In this document: piece after piece, positions 54,235 through 61,142 of the stretch
Position numbering within the stretch: position 1 is the first letter of the stretch
Layout of the letters: each line of letters opens with the position of its first letter
Origin: Basidiobolus meristosporus CBS 931.73
Taxonomy: Eukaryota; Fungi; Basidiobolomycota
Direction: 5' to 3'
Assembly (NCBI GenBank): GCA_002104905.1
Contig: MCFE01000238.1
Span: 55,638 to 119,637 of the forward strand
DNA length: 64,000 nt
Made by a program: the position numbers and the translations under genes
The notes under the pieces: generated by a model
What the model saw: only the letters and a program-made list of their open reading frames with translations
What the model was told of the DNA's origin: nothing
Databases searched by the model: none

Positions 54235-55114
54235 TTAGGGGGGAGATGGTCACCAACAGGTGAAATCTTTATTCCAGTTGAAACAAAGAAGCCAGTGCTA
54301 CTGTTGTAACTTTGATACAAGAGTGTGTAGCTGAGGGGAATTTGTAGGTAAGTATACAAGAAGTGATGATAGTTCTTCAGTGCTCAAGACACTGTTCAGT
54401 GGGAAGGGGGGTAGCAAGTGAGGTAAGAATGATTTGCAAACAACAACAATGAGGGGAATATGATAAGGATTGATATTCAACATAAAGGGAGTGTGCTGCT
54501 TCAGATATTGCTCCCAAAGGTTGGTCAAGTACTTCAGGTAGGCCAGCTTGGGTTTTTCTGACTGCAGAATATAGTGAGCAAACTTCTTGAGTTCAGGATC
54601 TCCAAGTATAGTTCTCCAGCATGAGCCAGGTGTAGTGTGGTGTGTTCTCTTCCAGGTCTTGATCAGTGGGTTATTGTAGTGGTGAAGTCTGAGATATAAT
54701 CTGGTTCTAAGGTAGAGAAGTCTGAGCTTATAGGGCATAAACCCAAAAGCACCAAGAATAGCATGTCTGTAGGGGCATTCAGGCAAATGAGGCACCAAGG
54801 AGGTAATGCACCATTCTGCAAACTTGTCAAGCTTAGTGCAGTCTCTAGAAGTAAGAGAGAGAAGTGGTAAGCCAAATTCCAGGACAGGGAAGACAAACTG
54901 CTTGAGTAGAAGGAGGCAGCTGGGAGCTGAAGCTGTAGGAGGAGTAACAGCCAGTAGCTTGTGGAGTGCCTGTCTTGCCAGGATAATTCTCTTCTTCAGG
55001 TGTGCTCCAGAGTCTAGTCCAGTAGGAAGGAAAGGAAAGCCAAGATATGTAGCAGAAACCTGAGCAGGTAGGGTGGAGTTCTCCAAGTTGATGGGAGAGC
55101 CCAAAGGTACTGTC
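54235..55114 (-). mobile_element. Unit A2: 880-bp 5'-truncated copy of family A retrotransposon
   Basis: The 268-aa ORF is collinear with the C-terminus of the 61143-63662 ORF (about 17 aa differences by eye), with the same 3' UTR. Confidence 0.95.
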
Positions 55115-55116
55115 TT
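54298..55116 (-). CDS. Truncated ORF2 C-terminal fragment of A2 (post-RT region; no start codon)
   Basis: KTVPLGSPINLEN...VSKLQQ*, uninterrupted. Confidence 0.85.
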   Translation of the reverse strand, partial: KTVPLGSPINLENSTLPAQVSATYLGFPFLPTGLDSGAHLKKRIILARQALHKLLAVTPPTASAPSCLLLLKQFVFPVLEFGLPLLSLTSRDCTKLDKFAEWCITSLVPHLPECPYRHAILGAFGFMPYKLRLLYLRTRLYLRLHHYNNPLIKTWKRTHHTTPGSCWRTILGDPELKKFAHYILQSEKPKLAYLKYLTNLWEQYLKQHTPFMLNINPYHIPLIVVVCKSFLPHLLPPFPLNSVLSTEELSSLLVYLPTNSPQLHTLVSKLQQ

Positions 55117-55557
55117 AGGGGGGAGGGAAAGTCACCAAGGTAGGTGAAATCTTTATTTGATTTCAGACAAGTCTAACTACAAATAAAGAAGCCAGCTGGG
55201 AAATAGAAGATTCCCAAAGTAAACACTAAGCTGAATATGAATAAATCTAAGCTAAAGTTAAGGCAGTATCCCAAAGTACACTGGAGTTCAGGTTTGTGGG
55301 GGAGTGAAGTAGATAAGCTTGAGAGATATAATAATCTTTCAGGAAGTGGGTAACAGCAGGTGAAGGGGAGTTTTTGATAAGTGAAGTGAATCTTGAGAGC
55401 AGAGATTCCTCTAATGAGAAGATCTTGTAAACTGGAGAATCAGGAAACTCTTTAAAGGCATGGTCAGTAGGTTCCCAGTAGAACTGGTCTGAGACATTTT
55501 GAGAGAATTGTGTAGCAATACTTTTGTCAAGTACTACCTCCAGAGTGTGATGGTTGA
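55115..55557 (-). mobile_element. Unit C: 5'-truncated ORF1-only (non-autonomous) family member
   Basis: An ORF1-like reading frame runs to a TAG at 55247-55249. It is followed directly by a ~130-nt 3' UTR carrying the family 3' signal and CCCTAA, with no ORF2. Confidence 0.8.
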
Positions 55558-55558
55558 T
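55247..55558 (-). CDS. ORF1-like C-terminal fragment of unit C (missed by the ORF track; no start codon)
   Basis: Manual translation: INHHTLEVVLDKSIATQFSQNVSDQFYWEPT...LIKNSPSPAVTHFLKDYYI...VLWDTALTLA*. It aligns with B ORF1 GKILEMIVDRNFSTALTKYLAKNLNWVPT...AIKKQAPTYDVAYFLKEEAI...ELWNN. Confidence 0.8.
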   Translation of the reverse strand: MNHHTLEVVLDKSIATQFSQNVSDQFYWEPTDHAFKEFPDSPVYKIFSLEESLLSRFTSLIKNSPSPAVTHFLKDYYISQAYLLHSPTNLNSSVLWDTALTLA

Positions 55559-56767
55559 AGGGTGTAGGTGTTATAGCAAGGGCTAGGAAAAGGTTAGAAG
55601 AGCAGGGGGTCTGGGGGACACAGTCCCCCAGAAAATAAAAAAGCAGGGGGTTTGGGGGATGCAATCCCCCATACTGCTCCCATACTCTTTAAATTCCCTT
55701 TGGATTACTTCTCTCTCATTCTTGGTTCTAGTCCCTTAAGGTTAGAATTCCTGCTCCTAACCCATATCACCCTAACCATAAATATTTTTACCCTACAATT
55801 GGCACATTGTCTGCTCATATAGTGGGCATGTCTGGGCCCATATTTGTCTCCCTATACTGTCCATATGCTCTGTATAAGTCTTGATGACTATTTAATTAAT
55901 AAATTGTTACTTTTAATGTATATCTAATAATTAATGGGATTCATCCCAATCTGGCCACAATCCCATATTTTGATAAGCTTTGGGCACCATAAATTGCGCG
56001 GCCCTAATATGATAAAAAAATTCATGGCCAATACAAATTTTCTGTAACCCAATTGCTTTTACCAAAATATAAATTGTATCCCAAAGTTCAATATATATTA
56101 TGGCTATAATAGAAACTTTATTTGACACCATTGCAACTACTACTTATGTTCTATGTGCACATGTATCCCGCAGGAATTGTAAAACTTAGCCACGTGGTAC
56201 AAAAGTGCTTTTATTTTTCATCATGATAGTTTTACATGAGTTCCTAACGCACTTTGAAAGTACGCAGTAGCCATACCCCAACAGGTTTTAAGGAAATCCA
56301 CTAGCTATGTCTACTTGTGTCTAGTGGGAGCCATCAATCATCAGCTGTGCAATACTGAAATGCTTTTATTTTTCATCATGCTAGTTTTGTATAAATCCCT
56401 AACGCACTTTCATAGTGCGCGGTAACCATACCCCAACAGGTTTTAAGGATACCCACTTGCTACGTTTACTTGTGTCTAGCAGGAGTTATCAATCATCAGC
56501 CGCGTGGTAATAAAGTGCTTTTATTTTTCATCATGATAGTTTCACATGAGTCCCTAACGCACTTTCATAGTGCGTGGTAACCATACCCCAACAGGTTTTA
56601 AGGATACCCACTTGCTACATTTACTTGTGTCTAGTGGGAGTCATCAATCATCAGCCGCACAGTAATAAAGTGCTTTTATTTTTCATCATGATAGTTTTAC
56701 ATGAGTCCCTAATGCACTTTTATAGTGCGCGGTAACCATACCCCCAGAAAGTAGTGTGGATGCTTAC
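55558..56767 (-). mobile_element. Unit D1: 1.2-kb non-coding unit with twin GC hairpins near one end and a 155-bp tandem repeat
   Basis: Begins (plus strand) tagggtgtagg at the truncation point of C. Its first ~390 bp recur as D2. Confidence 0.6.
56188..56744. repeat. 155-bp tandem repeat, ~3.6 copies
   Basis: tgcttttatttttcatcatg recurs at 56206, 56361, 56516 and 56671 (period 155). Confidence 0.95.
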
Positions 56768-57152
56768 TTAGGGTGTAGGTGTTATAGTAAGGGCTAGGAA
56801 AAGGTTAGAAGAACAGGGGGTCTGGGGACGCAGTCCCCTAGAGAATAAAAAGCAGGGGTTTGGGGATGCAATCCCCCATACTGCTCTTATACTCTTTAAA
56901 TTCCTGTTGGATTACTTTTCTCTCATTCTTGGTTCTGGTCCCTTAGGGTTAGAATTCCTCCTCCTGACCCTTATCACCCTAACCATAAATATTTTTACCC
57001 TACAATTGGCACATTGTCTGCTCATATGGTGGGCATGTCTGGCCAATATTTGTCTCCCTATACTGTCCATACGCTCTGTATAAGTCTTGATGACTATTTA
57101 ATTAATAATTGTAATTTTTAATGTATATCTAATAATTAATGGGATTCATCCC
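56768..57152 (-). mobile_element. Unit D2: 385-bp truncated second copy of D
   Basis: ttagggtgtagg...aataattaatgggattcatccc matches 55558-55947 with scattered substitutions. Confidence 0.75.
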
Positions 57153-60100
57153 TTAGGGGGAGGGAAAGTCACCAAGTTGGTGAAATCTTTATTTGAGTTA
57201 AGAACTAATCTAAGTACAAATAAAGAAGCCAATTCAGAGGTCTAGAACCTCTCTAATAAGTAATCTAATTTATGTTTTGTTTCATCTCTAATGTTTGTTT
57301 CAATAAAGTAAAGCTCATCAGGGGTAAATATAAAATTCAGGGGTTTTGGGGGAGTACAAATTGTAGATGTTTCTGATCAATATAATCCAAGACTGGAACC
57401 CAGCCTGGGATTAGGTGCAGTAGGAAAGGTGTATGGACTTGTAAGTAGCTCTGCCACATAGATCTTAGATGGTCCTGAGCCAGTAGTCTTGGTTTCTCAG
57501 CTTTTTGAAGTTTTGAAGCAAGCTCTGTTACTACAGCAGAGCCAACCAGGGTGTGCCAGCAAGAAGATTTCAGGGAGGAGTCAGATTGAAGCCATTGTTG
57601 GATGGAGGGGTTATGTGATTTCTGAAGTTTGACTAGGAAGGAAGCACGGAGATAGATCATTTGGATTTGGTATGGGTAGAACCCAAAGGCTCCATTAGTT
57701 GCATGGATATAGGGAGATACTGGAAGATAAGGTACCAAGGATCTGATACACTGATGGAGAAACTTATCCAGGCGGTGAAGTTCTCTGGAGGTTAGGGGTA
57801 TAATGTGGAGACCAAATTCAAGTACTGGCAGCACATACTGCTTCAGAAGTATAGGGATCTTTTGAATTGGAGTGTCTGGAGTGACTACTACCAGAAGCTT
57901 TTTGAGAGCCTGTTGGGCAAGACGGATCCTATTATTCAGGTGGAGCTTGGAGTCAATCCCATGTTGACAAAACGGCAGACCTAGATATATTGCAGTTTGT
58001 TGTGGCAGAATGCTAGTGTTCTGTATAGTTGTAGTGCATCCTATTGGGACTGTCTTGGAAATTGAGAGTGAGAGGTTGTTGGCAGCCAAGTACTTCTCAA
58101 TGATGGCAGTGTCTGCTATGGGATTAGGAGTAGCAATCTTGATATCATCCACATAGAGAGTTAGTAGTGGATAGGGAGAATCTGGTGAGGGGCCTTTTGG
58201 AAATAAAGGAAAGTCATGTAGGAATATCACAAATAATAAGGGACCTAGTACAGATCCTTGGACTACTCCATTTGGAACCTCATAAGTCTCTGATGTACAA
58301 CTTGGATGCAAAATTTTGGCTGAGTTCTCACAAAATAGAGAACGTACAAGAAGGGTCATTGGTAGTGTGGTAACTGCTAATAGCTTTCTCCAAAGCAGAG
58401 CTCTGTCCACAGAGTCAAAGGCTTTAGTAATGTCAAACAGAATGGTTGGCAATGAGAATTGAAGTGAATGATCATGGCTTAGCACTACAGCCATATCCAA
58501 GGAGAGTTTGGGCAAGAAGCCAAACTGAGAAGGATGGAATGGATATAGTTGAGATTGCAAGGATTTTGCTATTATAAGCTCAAAGATTTTCCGGCAGGTT
58601 GGTAGGAGTGAAACTGGCCGGTAAGAACCTGGGAGTGAGTGTTTCCCCTTCCCTTTGTATAAGGGTATTACATTTGCCTGTGACCAGGCCTTTGGGGTAG
58701 TCACTTGTTGGGCACAGATAGAGTAGAATGGGAGAAGTAAGTGACTCATTTTGGAGTAGCACACCCGGAGTAGATCGTAGGTAATCAAGTCATGTCCAGG
58801 TGCAGTATTTGCAGGAAGCTTCTTTAAAATTTTCTCCAGAAGCTTTGCTGAAACCAAAATTGGAGATGTTGTACTGCTAGATATGTCACCAGTATGGTAG
58901 AAAGGAGGAGTGGGATGCACGGTTGAATCAAAGAATATAGGGGCCAGTTTGTCTGGTGATGGTATACTCCTTGCTTGGGGTCTCATGGCTTTGTATACTC
59001 TTGATATGGACCTTGTGGTGGCATTCATATTTACTAAGGGCAAGGTATCCATGATATGAGCCCATAATCTAGTATGCTCAGTGATCTGTAGTGACTTGGA
59101 GTAGGAGATTGCGCTTTCCAGGAGGTTCTGTGTTTTTGGGTTAGGGAAACATAGGTAGCTGGAATTTAAGGCAGAAATGATGGATTTCCATTTAAGTTGG
59201 TTTGCAGATGGCTTTTGGTAGGACTTGGTGGGCAGGGCCAGACAGCCAGTGATTATGATGAAATGCTGGTAAAATAGCCATAATGCATTTACATCATCAC
59301 AAATCCATGCAGGTAAGCTGGGAAATGCATATTCTGTAAGCAAGGACAGGTAGTTGGCAAAGTCCTGTGTCTGTGATACTGAAGCTTTGGCTGGCAGGAT
59401 TGTAAATGGCTGAAGAAGGGTGCCAATTGGTAGGTTTTTTCTGGCAGCAATGATAATATGTATTGGCTTGTGATCAGATTTCTCTAGTGAACCACAGCTG
59501 ATATCCTCTGGAATGCTTGTAACCTGGTGGATGTACTGTAAGGCAGCTGGAGTGGCTGTTACCCAGTCAACACAACGTTGAGCTTGCTGAGTGTTTACAG
59601 TGACCAGATGGTTTTGTCGGAGGAACTTTGTAAAGTGCTCCTCTCGGGTTCTAAGTCTGGATGAAATAGTGGTGATATTTTCAGGGTGGGGAATATTTAT
59701 ATCTCCCACTACCATACAAGGGATTGATGAGCTGTTAATGAATTCTGATGTGGCCAAGAAAATTGCCAGTGTTATGGAGTTAGACAGAGATGGAGGGAGA
59801 TAGATAATAATGGCTACTATAGTTGGAAGTGTTAGAGCATAGCAGTAATACTCATAGATGATGGATACATTTGCTGAGGGTGCAAGCTTAGAAGATGAAA
59901 GAGCAACAAGTGCCATTGAGTGAGCTGGAAATTTTGGGTGAGCAGATGAATATGCATTCAGTCTAGAGGGAAGTTTTGGCAACTTAACATCAATTAGTAG
60001 GAGCAAGTAATATTCCTTTTTCAGTAAGTTTTCTAATTCAGCTACAGTTGGAGTGATGGAGTTGCAATTGAGTAAGAGTATGTTCTGTAGTCAGGCAGAC

Positions 60101-61067
60101 TCTGAGGTTGCCTGTTCCTGCTGAAACTCTTGCACTGCCCTTTGTAAATTTCCAGAATTATTCCACAACTCTTCAAATGGAGCTTGCGTAATGTCTTTCA
60201 GGATTCTAATTGCTTCCTCTTTCAAGAAGTAGGCCACATCATAGGTTGGAGCCTGTTTCTTAATGGCAGCAAAGAAAGCCATAATTGCCATGTGAGCTGG
60301 GGGCTTGTTGAATATTCCTGGCTCAGTGTCCATTGACTCTGGTGGAATGATTGTGAATTTGGTAGGCACCCAGTTTAGATTTTTTGCCAGATACTTAGTC
60401 AATGCAGTGGAGAAGTTTCTGTCTACAATCATTTCTAGGATCTTTCCTCTTCTCCAAGCTAGGTTAACAATTTTTGAAGTGTCAATATTTAGAGAGCGGA
60501 ATGTATGTCTGATGTTTGATATAGTAGTCCATGGAACATTGGCAAAGTATAGCAAGGACCAATTCTGGAGCTGAGGTAAGTTTGCTGGAGGCTTATAGGT
60601 AGACTTTCTGGCAGGTTGTGTGGTAGGCTTTAGTGTTTCCAAGGTAGCAAGTTGTGGTTGAGACTTTTTGGAATTACGTATGACTTTGGAAAGAATTCTG
60701 CCAGCAACTGTGTCAGGAATGTTAGTACTCATTGATGGTGCAGGGCCTGGCTCCTGGTACTGCTTTTGTAGAATACTTGAGTATGTCTCTTTTTGTTTTC
60801 CTTTATCCAATGTGCTATGCCTTGGAACGGGATTTTGGGGAATAGAGACTTCAGGTATCAACTCTGTGGTCTGGTGATTGTCCAACATTGTTGCTTGAGC
60901 GTCCAGCTTTTCCTCTAAGATTTGAACTCTCTGCTTAAGCTGATCATTTGATGCTATAAGTGTTGCATTGTTTGGAGCCAGGTCAGGTGTTGAGTTATGA
61001 AGGCAGGTTGAGCAGCGTTCTAACTCCTTGGTTTGGTCATCCAACTTTTCTTCTAAGGTTTGAACCC
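57153..61067 (-). mobile_element. Unit B: 3.9-kb non-LTR retrotransposon (ORF1 + APE-RT ORF2), 5'-truncated within ORF1
   Basis: ORF1 (coiled coil plus RRM-like segment), APE motifs, RT with YVDD. The 3' end is joined through ttaggggg at 57153. Confidence 0.95.
57242..60090 (-). CDS. ORF2 of B: APE endonuclease + reverse transcriptase; no ATG; 1-nt frameshift at 57340-57343
   Basis: LLLNCNS..LLLIDVK..IYLPP..VGDINIPHP..CVDWV..KSDH (APE). APGHDLI, YRPVSLL, SQFGF, FDITKAFDSV, GVVQGSVLGP, YVDDI and YLGL (RT). The homologous C-terminus continues in another frame to a TAG at 57242-57244. Confidence 0.93.
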
Positions 61068-61068
61068 T
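60091..61068 (-). CDS. ORF1 of B (5'-truncated): coiled-coil repeat + putative RNA-binding domain
   Basis: RVQTLEEKLDDQ / QRVQILEEKLDAQ repeat; LLYFANVPW..IRHTFRSLNIDTSKIVNLAW..LEMIVD. Stop TGA at 60091-60093. Confidence 0.85.
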   Translation of the reverse strand, partial: RVQTLEEKLDDQTKELERCSTCLHNSTPDLAPNNATLIASNDQLKQRVQILEEKLDAQATMLDNHQTTELIPEVSIPQNPVPRHSTLDKGKQKETYSSILQKQYQEPGPAPSMSTNIPDTVAGRILSKVIRNSKKSQPQLATLETLKPTTQPARKSTYKPPANLPQLQNWSLLYFANVPWTTISNIRHTFRSLNIDTSKIVNLAWRRGKILEMIVDRNFSTALTKYLAKNLNWVPTKFTIIPPESMDTEPGIFNKPPAHMAIMAFFAAIKKQAPTYDVAYFLKEEAIRILKDITQAPFEELWNNSGNLQRAVQEFQQEQATSESA

Positions 61069-61085
61069 TAGGGTTAGGGTTAGGG

Positions 61086-61140
61086 GGGAGACAGTCACCA
61101 ACAGGTGAAATCTTTATTTCAGTTGAAACAAAGAAGCCAG
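61086..61140 (-). promoter_or_regulatory. Conserved 3'-terminal cis-signal (UGGCUUCUUU box, AAUAAA, UCACC/GGUGA hairpin); also at 54066-54142, 54241-54295, 55115-55195 and 57153-57232
   Basis: Present in all five A/B/C 3' ends. The stem is conserved and the loop varies. Confidence 0.8.
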
Positions 61141-61142
61141 CG

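Noticed and set aside
56188-56744. CTGATGA and GAAA(C) on the minus strand of the 155-bp repeat (hammerhead ribozyme?) and ATGATGA/CTGA (C/D snoRNA?)
   Set aside because: No stem II closing directly between CUGAUGA and GAAA, no convincing stems I/III, and no properly placed terminal D box.
56188-56744. CRISPR-like array
   Set aside because: Whole 155-bp units repeat with no unique spacers, in a eukaryotic context with no cas genes.
57295-57325. CTGATGAG...GAAAC near the B ORF2 end (hammerhead-like core)
   Set aside because: The intervening bases cannot form stem II, and the sequence is explained as codons PDELYFIET.
61068-61101. ORF-track start of the 336-aa ORF (MVTVSPLTLTL)
   Set aside because: These codons come from element A's 3' end and the (CCCTAA)3 spacer. 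The real B ORF1 is 5'-truncated at about 61068.
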